This document shows, piece by piece, positions 45,766 through 57,151 of a stretch of DNA of 64,000 nt. Source of the DNA: an uncultured delta proteobacterium. Its GTDB lineage: Bacteria > Desulfobacterota > BSN033 > UBA1163. Below the pieces are notes generated by a model. It was not told where the DNA came from. It made no database searches and worked only from the letters and a program-made list of their open reading frames with translations. The DNA lies in assembly GCA_963828805.1 (NCBI GenBank), contig CAWHGS010000048.1:15152-79151 (forward strand), read 5' to 3'. The translations under genes and the position numbers were made by a program. Each line of letters starts with the position of its first letter. Position 1 is the stretch's first letter.

Positions 45766-46830
45766 ATGTTCGAAAAATTGGAGGATGTGGAACGACGGTA
45801 TGAAACTCTCTATCATCTTCTCGGCCAACCCGAGGTGATCACCAAGCAGGAAGAGCTTCAGAAAGTGGCCAGGGAGTATGCGGAGCTCGGGAAGGTGGTG
45901 GATCTTTATAGAAAGTTTAAGAAGTTAGGCGTCGAGATCGAGGAGAGCCGACAACTCTTGGCCAGCGAAGAGGATGAGGAGATGAAGCGAATGGCCAGGG
46001 AGGAATTGGATCGATTGGTGGCGGAGAAGGAAAGGGTGGAAGGGGACCTGAAGTTTGTTCTTATTCCAAAGGATCCGAATGACGAAAAGAACATCATCCT
46101 CGAAATTCGAGCAGGAACGGGGGGAGATGAGGCGGGACTCTTTGCTTCAGACCTTTTTCGAATGTATGCCAAGTTTGCCGAGAAGAATGGCTGGCGATTG
46201 GAGGTCTTGAACCGCCACTACACCGGTGTGGGAGGGTTTAAGGAAATCATCGCCCTCATCGAAGGGAAAGGGGTCTATAGCCATCTCAAGTTTGAAAGCG
46301 GCGTTCACCGCGTCCAGAGGGTTCCCGTCACCGAGTCGCAGGGCCGCATCCATACCTCCACCGTCACCGTCGCCATCCTTCCGGAAGCAGAGGAGGTGGA
46401 GGTTCAAATCGATCCCAACGACATCCGGGTCGATATTTTCCGATCCTCAGGACCCGGCGGGCAGAGCGTCAATACAACAGACTCGGCTGTTCGGATTACC
46501 CATCTCCCCACCGGCATGTCCGTGTCTTGCCAGGACGAGAAATCCCAGCATAAGAACAAGGCCAAGGCGCTCAAGATCCTCAGGGCGAGGTTGAAGGACA
46601 AGGCCGCACAGGAGAAACATATGGAGATCTCTGAAAAGAGAAGACTCCAGGTGGGTACGGGAGAACGGAGTGAGCGGATTCGGACCTACAACTTCCCTCA
46701 GGGCAGAGTGACCGATCACCGGATCGGGTTAACTCTCTATCGGCTGGAGTATATTCTTGAGGGGGACATGGACGGGATCCTCGAGGCCTTGACGACCCAT
46801 TACCAGACAGAAGCGCTCAAGGGAAATTAA
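45766..46830 (+). CDS. prfA: Peptide chain release factor 1
   Basis: PVT anticodon motif, [17 protein letters not shown]. Confidence 0.97.
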   Translation: MFEKLEDVERRYETLYHLLGQPEVITKQEELQKVAREYAELGKVVDLYRKFKKLGVEIEESRQLLASEEDEEMKRMAREELDRLVAEKERVEGDLKFVLIPKDPNDEKNIILEIRAGTGGDEAGLFASDLFRMYAKFAEKNGWRLEVLNRHYTGVGGFKEIIALIEGKGVYSHLKFESGVHRVQRVPVTESQGRIHTSTVTVAILPEAEEVEVQIDPNDIRVDIFRSSGPGGQSVNTTDSAVRITHLPTGMSVSCQDEKSQHKNKAKALKILRARLKDKAAQEKHMEISEKRRLQVGTGERSERIRTYNFPQGRVTDHRIGLTLYRLEYILEGDMDGILEALTTHYQTEALKGN

Positions 46831-46941
46831 AAAAGGTAAAGGCTAAGGTTGAGAGAAATCCAAACCGCACCTTCACTCTTTTTTCAACGGTGCCATCCCG
46901 GCCTTGTCGAAGGGTGAGAAGAAAATAGAATAGGCTCTGAG

Positions 46942-47826
46942 ATGGTGGTGTTTGAAGCGCTGAATTGGGCCACCCGGTACCTTAGAGATCACGCGATCGA
47001 AAATCCCCGGCTGAATGCGGAACTCCTTTTAGCTCGCACTCTGAACCTCAGCAAGGAAGGGCTTTACGTTCATCTTCAAGACCCCCTTGGAAAGGAAGAA
47101 GAGACGGTTTTGGAGGAGTTGATTAAGAGGAGGGTATCGGGAGAGCCCCTTCAATATATCCTGGGACATCAAGAGTTCTGGTCGATCGACCTGAACGTCG
47201 ACCCAAGGGTCCTCATCCCAAGACCTGAAACAGAGCTTTTGGTTGAACAGGCTCTATCCGCCCTTTCAAAAATTCCTTCAGAAAAAGCATGTTCTGTTCT
47301 GGAGTTGGGGACTGGAAGCGGAGCCATTTCCATCGCTTTAGCCCGGGAGACAAAGGCCGTCTCTTTGGTAGCTACCGACATCTCAAGAGAGGCCCTCCTT
47401 TTGGCGAGGCGGAATGCCGAAAAAGCGGGCGTCTCAGAAAGAATCGTCTTTGTTCAGGGAGACCTCTTCAGCCCCTTTCGTTTCTTGGAAGGAAGGGGGC
47501 CTTTCGACCTGATCCTTTCCAATCCTCCCTATGTTGTCAGGTCAGAGATGATGAGGTTGGCCAGAGAGGTGAAGGATTTTGAGCCCGCTCTTGCGCTCGA
47601 CGGAGGAGAGGACGGTTTCGTTTTTCATCGGAAGATTATTTTCCAGAGTTCCAAATACCTGCGAAGGGGAGGATGGCTCCTCCTGGAAGTTGGCCAGGGT
47701 CAGGCCCGGGGGGTATCGGAGATGATGGAGGGGGATGGATCATTTGATACGGTCGGGCGGATCCAGGATCTTTCGGGAATAGAAAGGGTTGTAAAAGGGC
47801 GAAAAAAAATAGAGAATAGGGGATAG
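46942..47826 (+). CDS. prmC: Release factor glutamine methyltransferase
   Basis: VLIPRPETE, ELGTGSG, SNPPY. Confidence 0.96.
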   Translation: MVVFEALNWATRYLRDHAIENPRLNAELLLARTLNLSKEGLYVHLQDPLGKEEETVLEELIKRRVSGEPLQYILGHQEFWSIDLNVDPRVLIPRPETELLVEQALSALSKIPSEKACSVLELGTGSGAISIALARETKAVSLVATDISREALLLARRNAEKAGVSERIVFVQGDLFSPFRFLEGRGPFDLILSNPPYVVRSEMMRLAREVKDFEPALALDGGEDGFVFHRKIIFQSSKYLRRGGWLLLEVGQGQARGVSEMMEGDGSFDTVGRIQDLSGIERVVKGRKKIENRG

Positions 47827-47893
47827 AAGGTGGAAGGCAAAAGGGAGCTTGGGTCCGTGTCCACATTCTGCCTTCGGATAGTGGGGTTCGAAT

Positions 47894-49156
47894 ATGGATA
47901 AGATCGTGATTCGAGGGGGAGAAAGACTCATCGGGGAGATGGAAGTGAGCGGATCGAAGAATGCCGTCCTTCCCATTTTCGCAGCCAGTCTGCTTGCTGA
48001 GGGCGAGAACCTCTTCCATCAAGTCCCTAACCTGATGGATGTACGGACAATCATCAAGGTGTTGAGCAATCTTGGAGTGAAAGTAGGGAAAGAGGAAAAA
48101 TCTTACAGGGTGGATGCGACGGATATCTCGACCCATGAGGCTCCCTACGAAATGGTGAAGACGATGAGGGCCTCCATCCTCGTCCTGGGTCCCCTCGTTG
48201 CCCGAATGGGGAAGGCCAGGGTCTCTCTCCCGGGAGGATGTGCGATTGGGGCGAGGCCGGTCAACCTCCATCTCATGGGGTTAGAGGCCCTGGGAGCTAA
48301 GATTGAAATCCGCCATGGATATATTGAGGCGGAGGCTCATGGATTAAGAGGCGCTTCGATCACCTTTGACATCCCTACCGTCACAGGAACGGAGAACCTC
48401 ATGATGGCTGCCGTCATGGCCAAGGGAAAGACGACCTTGCAGAATGCGGCCATGGAACCAGAGGTTATGGAACTGGCGGATGTTTTGACTAAAATGGGTG
48501 CAAAGATCAAAGGGGCAGGGACGAGTGTCATCGAAATCGAAGGGGTCAGATCCCTCCATGCCATTGAACATACGGTGATTCCGGACCGGATTGAAGCAGG
48601 GACATTGATGGTGGCTGCGGGGCTGACTCGTGGGAACATCAAACTCCTCCGCTGCCCCCTTCACCACATGGAGGCGATCGTCAAGAAATTGAGGCAGTCC
48701 GGGATGGAGATCGAACCGGAGGGAGATGGGGCGAGGGTGGTCGGGAATCGGAGAATCCGGAGTGTGGATGTGAAAACCCTTCCCTATCCCGGCTTTCCAA
48801 CAGATATGCAGGCTCAGTTCATGGTCTTGATGTCCCTGGCCAAAGGCTTGAGCGTCATCTCTGAAACCATTTTCGAAAATCGGTTCATCCACGTGAGCGA
48901 ACTGATAAGAATGGGAGCGGATATCAGGATTGTCGGAAATTCTGCGATTATTCAGGGCGTGGAGAACCTGAGCGGCGCCCCGGTCATGGGCAGCGACCTC
49001 AGGGCCAGCGCCTCCCTCGTTGTGGCAGGGGTGGGAGCGGAAGGGGTGACCGAGGTCTCAAGGGTCTATCACCTGGATCGAGGATATGAGGGACTCGACA
49101 AGAAACTGGCTCAGCTTGGAGCCAATATTAAAAGGATTAAAGAGGAATCGACTTGA
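47894..49156 (+). CDS. murA: UDP-N-acetylglucosamine 1-carboxyvinyltransferase
   Basis: [28 protein letters not shown]. Confidence 0.97.
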   Translation: MDKIVIRGGERLIGEMEVSGSKNAVLPIFAASLLAEGENLFHQVPNLMDVRTIIKVLSNLGVKVGKEEKSYRVDATDISTHEAPYEMVKTMRASILVLGPLVARMGKARVSLPGGCAIGARPVNLHLMGLEALGAKIEIRHGYIEAEAHGLRGASITFDIPTVTGTENLMMAAVMAKGKTTLQNAAMEPEVMELADVLTKMGAKIKGAGTSVIEIEGVRSLHAIEHTVIPDRIEAGTLMVAAGLTRGNIKLLRCPLHHMEAIVKKLRQSGMEIEPEGDGARVVGNRRIRSVDVKTLPYPGFPTDMQAQFMVLMSLAKGLSVISETIFENRFIHVSELIRMGADIRIVGNSAIIQGVENLSGAPVMGSDLRASASLVVAGVGAEGVTEVSRVYHLDRGYEGLDKKLAQLGANIKRIKEEST

Positions 49157-50445
49157 GATTTCTTCGAAGAGGAGAAAGAGGGTTTGACCTGTACCTTTCC
49201 GAGGTGGAGCGAAGGGTTGCACAGGATCGGGTTCGCCTCGAAAGAGGGGTTCGCTCTATTTTGGAGGAAGTGAGAAAACGGGGAGACAAAGCCCTTCTTC
49301 AATATACACGGGTTTTCGATGGGGTCGAGCTTGAAATCGACCAACTCCAGGTTGAACCCAGGGAGATAGCTGAGGCCTACACGAAAGTCCCTAAAGAATT
49401 TTTGGCCACATTAAAGAAAGCCGCACAGCGGATCCAGAGGTTCCATCAGCTCTCCGTTAAGAGAGCGTCGATAAAATTGATCGAAAAGGGCATCAGGCTC
49501 AGACAGGTCGCTTTGCCTCTGGAAAAAGTGGGTATCTATGTCCCCGGTGGAAAAGCCTCCTATCCCTCGACCGTCCTCATGGCTGCGATCCCTGCGCGGG
49601 TCGCGGGCGTGAGAGAGATTATAATGGTGACACCTCCTCACGAAGACGGGATCAGCCCTGCCATTCTTGTCGCCGCTGATTTGGCGGGGGTGAATCGGAT
49701 CTTTCGCATCGGAGGGGTTCAGGCGATCGCGGCGTTGACCTACGGGACATCTTCCGTTCCAAGAGTGGATAAAATCGTAGGACCGGGAAACCAGTATGTC
49801 GCGACGGCCAAGCGGTTGGTCTATGGAGTGGTTGATATCGATATGGTGGCCGGGCCCAGCGAAATCGTTGTCGTCTCTGACGAAAAAACCCCCCCGTCCT
49901 TTGTGGCTGCCGATCTGATCTCACAGGCTGAACACGACGAGATGGCCCTGGCGATCCTCATCACTCCTTCGGAAAAACTGGGAAGAGAGGTGGAGAAAGA
50001 AGTGCGAAGCCAACTCGTCTCCCTGAAAAGAAGGAAGATGGCTCAAACGAGCCTCGACCGAAAGGGTGCGATTCTGATCGTAAGCGACCTCCATCAGGCA
50101 ATGGAATTGGCTAACCGGATCGCGCCGGAACACTTGGAATTGGCCGTTTCAAACCCTTTATCCCTGGCGAAAAAGGTGAAACATGCAGGGGCGGTCTTCC
50201 TTGGACCCCATACTCCGGAAGCGATTGGGGACTATTTGGCCGGACCAAACCACATCCTCCCGACAGCAGGCACGGCCCGGTTCTCGTCTCCGCTGGGCGT
50301 GGAGGATTTTATCAAAAGGATCAACTACATTAGTTTTACGAAGAAAGCATTGAGGCTTTTCGAAGAAGATGTGAAGAGATTTACCGACTGGGAGGGATTG
50401 GAGGGCCACTATCGAGCCGTTCAGAAGAGGACACAAAAATCGTAA
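49153..50445 (+). CDS. hisD: Histidinol dehydrogenase
   Basis: YVPGGKA, KIVGPGN, AGPSE, QAEHD, APEHL. Confidence 0.96.
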   Translation: MRFLRRGERGFDLYLSEVERRVAQDRVRLERGVRSILEEVRKRGDKALLQYTRVFDGVELEIDQLQVEPREIAEAYTKVPKEFLATLKKAAQRIQRFHQLSVKRASIKLIEKGIRLRQVALPLEKVGIYVPGGKASYPSTVLMAAIPARVAGVREIIMVTPPHEDGISPAILVAADLAGVNRIFRIGGVQAIAALTYGTSSVPRVDKIVGPGNQYVATAKRLVYGVVDIDMVAGPSEIVVVSDEKTPPSFVAADLISQAEHDEMALAILITPSEKLGREVEKEVRSQLVSLKRRKMAQTSLDRKGAILIVSDLHQAMELANRIAPEHLELAVSNPLSLAKKVKHAGAVFLGPHTPEAIGDYLAGPNHILPTAGTARFSSPLGVEDFIKRINYISFTKKALRLFEEDVKRFTDWEGLEGHYRAVQKRTQKS

Positions 50446-50600
50446 AATAAAGCAACCAAATTCCAAGCACCCATCTCGAAACGTGTTGTCTTAAGGGTTT
50501 CTTTTTGGTTAGTGTAATTTCGTCACGGAGATTTGCTTATGGGAACGTAACAGAAATTCTTAAGCGGCACGAAGGGACCATGGCGGGGCACGGAGGGAAA

Positions 50601-51194
50601 ATGGCGCGGCATCGCAGGGCAGAGGTGAGGCGGAAGACGAAGGAGACGGAGATCGCTCTAAAAATCGACCTGGATGGATCGGGTCGATATTCGATTCATA
50701 CGGGCATCCCCTTTTTCGATCACATGCTCAGTCTCCTTGCTCATCACAGCAGCATGGACCTCTCCATTAACGCCAAGGGCGATCTCCACGTCGATCACCA
50801 TCATACCGTGGAAGATGTGGGCATCTGCCTTGGAGAGGCGATTCGAAAGACCCTGAGAGAGGCAAAAGGGATTAACCGATATGGGATGGCTTTTACCCCG
50901 ATGGATGAGACGCTGGCCTCTGTGGCCCTGGATCTCTCCATGAGACCCTGCCTCGTCTTTCATGTGAAACTGAGAAGGGCCAGAATCGGGACCTTTGATC
51001 TCGAATTGGTGGAGGAGTTCTTCAGGGCCTTCTGTAACCACGGGAGGATCACCCTTCACGTCAACCTCCTCTATGGAAGAAACAGCCATCATATGGTTGA
51101 GGCCATATTCAAGGGAGTTGGGAGAGCCTTGAGAAGCGCCCTCGCTTTCGATCCAAGATCTTCCCGGGTTCCCTCGACCAAAGGAATCCTTTGA
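50601..51194 (+). CDS. hisB: Imidazoleglycerol-phosphate dehydratase
   Basis: FFDHML, DHHHTVED, NSHHMVEA, PSTKGIL. Confidence 0.96.
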   Translation: MARHRRAEVRRKTKETEIALKIDLDGSGRYSIHTGIPFFDHMLSLLAHHSSMDLSINAKGDLHVDHHHTVEDVGICLGEAIRKTLREAKGINRYGMAFTPMDETLASVALDLSMRPCLVFHVKLRRARIGTFDLELVEEFFRAFCNHGRITLHVNLLYGRNSHHMVEAIFKGVGRALRSALAFDPRSSRVPSTKGIL

Positions 51195-51298
51195 AGAACG
51201 CATAGAGCACGGAGCATAGAGCAGAGGGAATTTTTGATCCCCCATCTTTTTTGTTGACCCCATGCGCTTTGCCCTATGCCCTCTGCAGGAAGGTAGTT

Positions 51299-51913
51299 AT
51301 GAGTAAGATCGTGATCGTCGATTACGGAATGGGAAACCTGAGAAACGTGCAGAGAGGGTTCGAGAAAGTTGGATTTGAGGCCAAAGTGACTCGAAGCAGG
51401 AAGGAGATCGATGGAGCTTCAGCCATCGTCCTTCCCGGAGTGGGGGCCTTCAAAGACTGCATGGTCAATCTGGATAAATACCATCTCATTGATCCCATTC
51501 TCCGGTCCGTAGAGAAAGGGAAGCCCTACTTTGGCATCTGTCTGGGTCTTCAGATCCTTTTTTCTGAAAGTGAGGAATTCGGCCTTTACAAAGGGTTAGG
51601 TCTGGTAAAGGGAAAGGTGGTAAGATTCAGACCCGATCCGGAGCATAAGGTTCCCCATATGGGTTGGAATACGATCGAGATGGAGAAAGAGGTCCCTTTA
51701 CTGAGGGAGGTTCGGAACGGAGACTTCTTCTATTTCGTTCATTCTTACTATGTGGTGCCTGAAAAGAGAGAGTGGATTGGAACAATGACGCATTACGGAG
51801 TCCCTTTTGTGTCGGGCATCTGGAAAGATAATATCTTTGCCACCCAGTTCCATCCGGAGAAGAGCCAGGAGAAGGGGCTGAAGATCCTGGAGACCTTTGC
51901 AAAATCGCTTTGA
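51299..51913 (+). CDS. hisH: Imidazole glycerol phosphate synthase glutaminase subunit
   Basis: DYGMGNL, PGVG, GICLG, QFHPEKS. Confidence 0.96.
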   Translation: MSKIVIVDYGMGNLRNVQRGFEKVGFEAKVTRSRKEIDGASAIVLPGVGAFKDCMVNLDKYHLIDPILRSVEKGKPYFGICLGLQILFSESEEFGLYKGLGLVKGKVVRFRPDPEHKVPHMGWNTIEMEKEVPLLREVRNGDFFYFVHSYYVVPEKREWIGTMTHYGVPFVSGIWKDNIFATQFHPEKSQEKGLKILETFAKSL

Positions 51914-52014
51914 CGTTTTTACAATTCACGCGGCACGCCTGCCTGCCCCGCCCTCGGTCGGGACCGGGGCCGGTAGGCAGGGACACGGAACACGCTTGTT
52001 TAAAGGAGTGAGTC

Positions 52015-52848
52015 ATGAACGAAGTCCAGATTGGAGAGATTCGGATTGGGAGAGGAAATCCTTTTGTCTTGATCGCAGGGCCCTGTGTGATTGAGAGCGA
52101 GGAAAACGCGTTGGAGACAGCACGGGAGCTGAAGAAGATCTGTTCAGGTCTGAAGATCCCCTTCATCTTTAAGGCCTCCTATGAAAAAGATAACCGGGGT
52201 TCAGAAAGGTCGTACAAAGGTCCCGGGCTAAACGAAGGTCTCAGAATCCTCAGCAAGGTGAAGGGAGAGGTTGGAGTTCCTGTCCTCTCGGATATCCATC
52301 GCGCGGAGGATATCGATCCGGCGAAAGACGTTCTGGACATCCTCCAGATTCCCGCCTTTCTCTGCCAGCAGACAAGCCTTCTCCTCAAAGCGGGAGGGGC
52401 AGGGAGACCGGTCAATATCAAGAAGGGACAGTTCGTCGCCCCGGAAAGCATGGCGGGAGCGGTCAAAAAGATCCACAGCACGGGGAATCATCAGGTCATC
52501 CTGACCGAACGTGGAACCTGTTTTGGATATAACAAACTGATCTCGGACTACTGCTCCATTCCCATCATGCAGGAGATCGGTTGTCCCGTCATCTTCGACG
52601 CGACGCATGTGGTTCGGAATTACGGCATTCCAAGCGAGGATCCAAGAGGAGGAAGCCCTCAATTTGTTCCGCATCTCTCAAGAGCCGCAGTCGCCGTGGG
52701 CTGCAATGGTCTCTTTCTCGAGACCCACCCGGAACCCAAGCGAGCCCTCTGTGACGCCTCCAGCATGATTCCCCTTCGTGAAATGGAGGGACTTCTGCGA
52801 CAGGCCAAGGCCATTCATGATATGGTAAGATCCTGGGAGCTAGCCTAA
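52015..52848 (+). CDS. kdsA: KDO8P synthase
   Basis: IAGPCVIE, QIPAFLCQQT, NIKKGQF, DATH; the KANRS motif reads KDNRG. Confidence 0.88.
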   Translation: MNEVQIGEIRIGRGNPFVLIAGPCVIESEENALETARELKKICSGLKIPFIFKASYEKDNRGSERSYKGPGLNEGLRILSKVKGEVGVPVLSDIHRAEDIDPAKDVLDILQIPAFLCQQTSLLLKAGGAGRPVNIKKGQFVAPESMAGAVKKIHSTGNHQVILTERGTCFGYNKLISDYCSIPIMQEIGCPVIFDATHVVRNYGIPSEDPRGGSPQFVPHLSRAAVAVGCNGLFLETHPEPKRALCDASSMIPLREMEGLLRQAKAIHDMVRSWELA

Positions 52849-53052
52849 ATGGCATAGCGCAGAGCGCATAGGGCATAGCCATATGAAAATACCAAATCCC
52901 AAGCATCGAATCTCAAACAAATACCCATCACCCAAAGCCGGAACAAAATCTCTTTGGTTATTTGAGGTTGGGATTTGGCATTTGTGATTTCGGATTTCGA
53001 ACGCTATGCACTCTGCTCTATGCCCTTTGCTAATTTTTATTGAGAGGAGGGA

Positions 53053-53709
53053 ATGATGAAGATCTTTCTTGACACGGCTAATTTGAATGAAATCAAAAAA
53101 GCAAAGGCGTTAGGTCTCGTTGACGGGGTGACCACCAATCCCACGCTTCTGGCAAAGGAGGGAGAGGGGACCGAGACCCTGATCCGGAAGATCTCGGAAG
53201 TGGTAAAAGGACCGGTGAATGTCGAGGTCACTGGAACCACCGAGGAAGAAATGGTCAAAGAAGCCCGGGTCATGGCAAACTGGGGAGAGGAGATCGTCAT
53301 CAAGATTCCCATCAACCTCGAGGGATTAAAGGTGGTGAAGGCGCTCTCCTCCGAGGGAATCCGGACGAACGTGACCCTCGTTTTTTCGGTAAGCCAGGCT
53401 ATTCTGGCGGCCAAAGCGGGAGCGACCTATGTCTGCCCGTTCGTAGGCAGACTCGATGACATCGGGTTCAACGGTCTCGAACTGATTCAGCAAATCCGGG
53501 GAATTTACCAGAACTACGATGAAATCTGCACAAAAATCGTTGTCGCCAGCGTGCGTCATCCCATCCACGTGATTGAAGCCGGACTGATAGGTGCGGAGAT
53601 CGTTACGATCCCTCCCGCAGTCCTGGAGCAGATGGCAAAACACCCTCTCACCGATAAGGGGATCGCACAATTTTTAGAGGATGCAAAGAAAATCCCCAGC
53701 AGAAAGTGA
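53053..53709 (+). CDS. Transaldolase / fructose-6-phosphate aldolase family
   Basis: IFLDTAN, GVTTNPTL, VIKIP, PFVGRLDD. Confidence 0.93.
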   Translation: MMKIFLDTANLNEIKKAKALGLVDGVTTNPTLLAKEGEGTETLIRKISEVVKGPVNVEVTGTTEEEMVKEARVMANWGEEIVIKIPINLEGLKVVKALSSEGIRTNVTLVFSVSQAILAAKAGATYVCPFVGRLDDIGFNGLELIQQIRGIYQNYDEICTKIVVASVRHPIHVIEAGLIGAEIVTIPPAVLEQMAKHPLTDKGIAQFLEDAKKIPSRK

Positions 53710-53716
53710 GGAAAAT

Positions 53717-54406
53717 ATGTGCAGGACACATTCCAGAGTCAAATGCCGGATACCCAACCTCATCTTTTTATCGTCCCTGTGCATGCTTATCATCCTCATG
53801 GGCTCCTGGTTAAAGGCCGAGGAAGGACCGAGCCTTGCCATTTTTCCCTTTGTTGTTGAAAGAACGGATGATCCGGCAAGAGGCGCGGTTTGTCCAGTAT
53901 GCAAAGGAATCTACGGGGGCGGCGAGGTTGCGCCGGGCGCTCAGAATATCCTGACGCGGGAATTATACGGTAAAATGGAGGCCCTGGGAACGTTTAGGGT
54001 TATCCCTCTGGAAAAGGTGGAAGAAGCCCGCTCCCGTTCGGGTCAGATGCGGCTTGAAACAAACCTCGTTCGTTCTTCGATCCCCTTGGGCAGGGAGTTG
54101 AATGCTGACTTTGTCATGGTGGCCCATCTTTTCCGGTTTCAACAGAGGGTGGGTTCGTCCATCGGTGTTGAGAAACCTGCATCCGTTGCCTTTGATCTCC
54201 ATCTCATTCGGATAAGAGATGGAGCGCGGGTATGGGATGGAGGTTTCGACGAGACCCAGAAAGCCCTCTTTGATAATCTCCTTCGAGCGGGTTCGTTCTT
54301 TAAGGAAGGCGCCAAATGGGTCACGGCAGAAGAATTGGCGGCTGTGGGAATGGACAAGGTGCTTAAGAATTTCCCTGGAGCCAAAGAGCTCGAATGGAAG
54401 CCATGA
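53717..54406 (+). CDS. Hypothetical exported protein
   Basis: N-terminal hydrophobic helix, CPVC, PASVAFDLHL, FDETQKAL. Confidence 0.7.
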   Translation: MCRTHSRVKCRIPNLIFLSSLCMLIILMGSWLKAEEGPSLAIFPFVVERTDDPARGAVCPVCKGIYGGGEVAPGAQNILTRELYGKMEALGTFRVIPLEKVEEARSRSGQMRLETNLVRSSIPLGRELNADFVMVAHLFRFQQRVGSSIGVEKPASVAFDLHLIRIRDGARVWDGGFDETQKALFDNLLRAGSFFKEGAKWVTAEELAAVGMDKVLKNFPGAKELEWKP

Positions 54407-55167
54407 TTGTTATTCCGGCCATTGATCTGAAAGATGGAAGATGCGTCAGACTTTCCCAGGGCAGGATGGATCAGGAATCGGTTTACTCAGAAGATCCTGT
54501 GGGGATGGCAAAACACTGGGAGTCAAAGGGCGCGCGGAGGCTCCATGTGGTCGACCTCAACGGAGCGGTGGTCGGGAAACCGATGCACCGATCCGTCATT
54601 GCGGAGATTGTCCGTACCGTCCGCATGCCCGTTGAAGTGGGGGGTGGCATTCGTGATCTGGAGACCATCGAAGATTATCTTTCCATGGGGGTGGAATGGG
54701 TCATTCTGGGAACAGTCGCTTTTCGGAATCCTGATCTCGTCAGGGAAGCATGCCGCAGTTTCCCTGGAAGGGTATTGCTTTCAATCGATGCCAAGGGAGA
54801 AAGCGTGGCCATCGAAGGGTGGTATGAAGTTGTTTCCTTAAAGACGATCGATCTGTCCAAACAGTTTGAAGGGTCAGGCCTGTCAGCCATCATCCTGACA
54901 GATGTGGAGAGGGACGGCATGGGGACGGGAATCAACTGGGAGATGACCCGAAAGATCGCCAGAGCCACTTCCATTCCTGTCATTGCTTCCGGAGGCATTT
55001 CACGAACGGAAGAGATTGCGTCTCTGAAAAAACTTGAATCCCAGGGGGTGATGGGAGTCATCGTAGGCCGAGCTCTGTACACGGGCCAGATCGATTTAGA
55101 AGAGGCCATTCGTGTCGCAGAATACCCTCACTTGAACGGAGAGAAAGACGTGCAGGGCAAGGCTTGA
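54403..55167 (+). CDS. hisA: ProFAR isomerase
   Basis: IPAIDLKDGRCVRL, HVVDLNGA, VGGGIR. Confidence 0.96.
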   Translation: MIVIPAIDLKDGRCVRLSQGRMDQESVYSEDPVGMAKHWESKGARRLHVVDLNGAVVGKPMHRSVIAEIVRTVRMPVEVGGGIRDLETIEDYLSMGVEWVILGTVAFRNPDLVREACRSFPGRVLLSIDAKGESVAIEGWYEVVSLKTIDLSKQFEGSGLSAIILTDVERDGMGTGINWEMTRKIARATSIPVIASGGISRTEEIASLKKLESQGVMGVIVGRALYTGQIDLEEAIRVAEYPHLNGEKDVQGKA

Positions 55168-55203
55168 GCCTTGCTTCAGCCGTAATATTCAGCATGATTA
55201 AGG

Positions 55204-55300
55204 TGTCATCCTGAACTTGTTTCAGGATCTCTCTGATAAAAGAAAAAAAGAGATGCTGAACTGATACTGAATCAAGTTCAGCACATGCTTCAGCATTACA
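55204..55300. repeat. Intergenic palindromic element
   Basis: TGTCATCCTGAACTTGTTTCAGGATCT...AGATGCTGAA...TTCAGCATTACA. Confidence 0.7.
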
Positions 55301-55335
55301 AAATTGTTCTCTAAATCTTAGAAGACAGGATCAAG

Positions 55336-56092
55336 ATGCTGGCAAAAAGGATTATCCCGTGTCTCGACGTGAAGGATGGGAGGGTTGTCAAAGGAACCCA
55401 GTTTGTCGACCTGAAGGATGCGGGTGATCCTGTCGAGAATGCGAAGAGGTACGATCGGCAAGGGGCTGATGAAATTGCCTTTCTTGGACATTACCGCTTC
55501 TTATGAGAAGAGGGATATTCTCATCGATATTGTTCGGAGAACAGCAGGGGAGATCTTCATTCCCCTCACCGTAGGAGGGGGGATAAGGCGTTTAGAGGAT
55601 ATTCGAAAACTCCTGAAAGCAGGAGCAGACAAGGTTTCCATTAACACGGCGGCTGTCAGGGCCCCCCGTTTTGTGGAGAGGGCTTCTAAGCGATTTGGCA
55701 GTCAATGTATCGTCATTGCCATCGACGCCAAGAGAAAGGACGAAGGATGGGAGGTCTATACCCATGGTGGCCGGGTTCCAACAGGCATCGACGCCCTCCT
55801 CTGGGCAAAACAGATGGAGGAGATGGGAGCAGGTGAAATCCTGCTGACGAGCATGGACCGGGATGGAACGAAGGATGGCTATGACATTGATCTGACCCGG
55901 ACGATTTCAGAGAGCGTAGGCATTCCCGTCATCGCCTCCGGGGGAGTGGGAACGCTGGAGCATCTTTATGAGGGACTCGTTCACGGCAAAGCGAGTGCCG
56001 TGCTCGCGGCCTCGATCTTTCACTATCGAGAATTTACAATCGCGCAGGTGAAATCCTATCTCAAAGAGAGAGGAGTCACCGTCAGACTGTAA
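55336..56092 (+). CDS. hisF: Imidazole glycerol phosphate synthase cyclase subunit (frameshift near 55480)
   Basis: [36 protein letters not shown]. Confidence 0.95.
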
Positions 56093-56094
56093 AA

Positions 56095-56613
56095 ATGAGG
56101 AGATCGGGCGATAGGGAGATGGGGAGAAAGATAGAGACCGAGAAGTGTTTTAGCCTGATCACCCCGAATCACCCCATCACCCCATCGTTGCGATTTGTTA
56201 TTCTCCTTGCGACGGGTTTTGGAGCGGGATTTTCTCCGGTTGTTCCCGGAACCATGGGAACCCTCATCGCCATCCCCATTTATTATTTCATTTCCTCCAT
56301 TTCCTTCCCCCTCTATGAATTGACCCTGGTCGCGTTTTTCTTCTTTTCAAGCTGGGTGGCGGGGCAAGCGGAGCAGTACTGGGAAAAGAAGGACGATCGA
56401 AGGATTGTCATCGACGAGATCATGGGTTTTCTGGTCACCATGCTCTGGGTTACAAAAACCCCTCTCTCCATCGTTTCCGGGTTCGTTCTCTTTCGGTTTT
56501 TTGATATTCTTAAACCCTTCCCGATCCGTCATCTCGAACGCGTCAAATCAGGGTTTGGGGTAGTTTTGGATGATGTCCTGGCGGGGATCTATTCCAATAT
56601 CATTCTTCACTGA
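56095..56613 (+). CDS. pgpA: Phosphatidylglycerophosphatase A (ends uncertain)
   Basis: PGTMGT, IVIDE, FRFFDILKPFPI, VLDD. Confidence 0.92.
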   Translation: MRRSGDREMGRKIETEKCFSLITPNHPITPSLRFVILLATGFGAGFSPVVPGTMGTLIAIPIYYFISSISFPLYELTLVAFFFFSSWVAGQAEQYWEKKDDRRIVIDEIMGFLVTMLWVTKTPLSIVSGFVLFRFFDILKPFPIRHLERVKSGFGVVLDDVLAGIYSNIILH

Positions 56614-56629
56614 TTTTGAGGTTCTGGTC

Positions 56630-57090
56630 GTGAAAAGAGAAGAAACGATCGGAGATTTTTTGCGAAATCATGGAATGACCCTCTCCGTGGCTGAGTCCTG
56701 TACCGGAGGATTGGTCAGCGATCGGATTACCAATGTCGCCGGAAGCTCTGACTATTTCGAGGGAGGAGTTGTTTCCTACAGCATCAAGGCGAAAGCTCAA
56801 CACCTTGGTATTCCGTTGAAAATATATTGAAAGATACGGAGCCGTAAGCCGACAGGTCGCAAAACGCATGGCGGAGGGAGTTCGAAAGGTCTTCAGAACG
56901 ACCTTGGGATTATCGACCACAGGCGTAGCAGGCCCGACGGGTGGAACGAAGAAGACCCCTGTGGGCACTGTGTTTATTGCGGTTGCCGATGAAGGCGGGA
57001 CGTTAGTAAAGAAATTGGGTTGAAAGGCAACCGCAGGGAGATTAAAGAGGAGGCAGCCGAGAAAGAGCCTCCAATTCCTTTTTGAACAGA
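56630..57090 (+). CDS. CinA C-terminal / NMN deamidase (frameshifted; end approximate)
   Basis: [29 protein letters not shown]...PVGTV. Confidence 0.87.
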
Positions 57091-57151
57091 GGTCAAACGT
57101 TCCGATTCTTCCCCATCCCCCTTTACTAAAGGGGGGTGAGGGGGGATTTCC

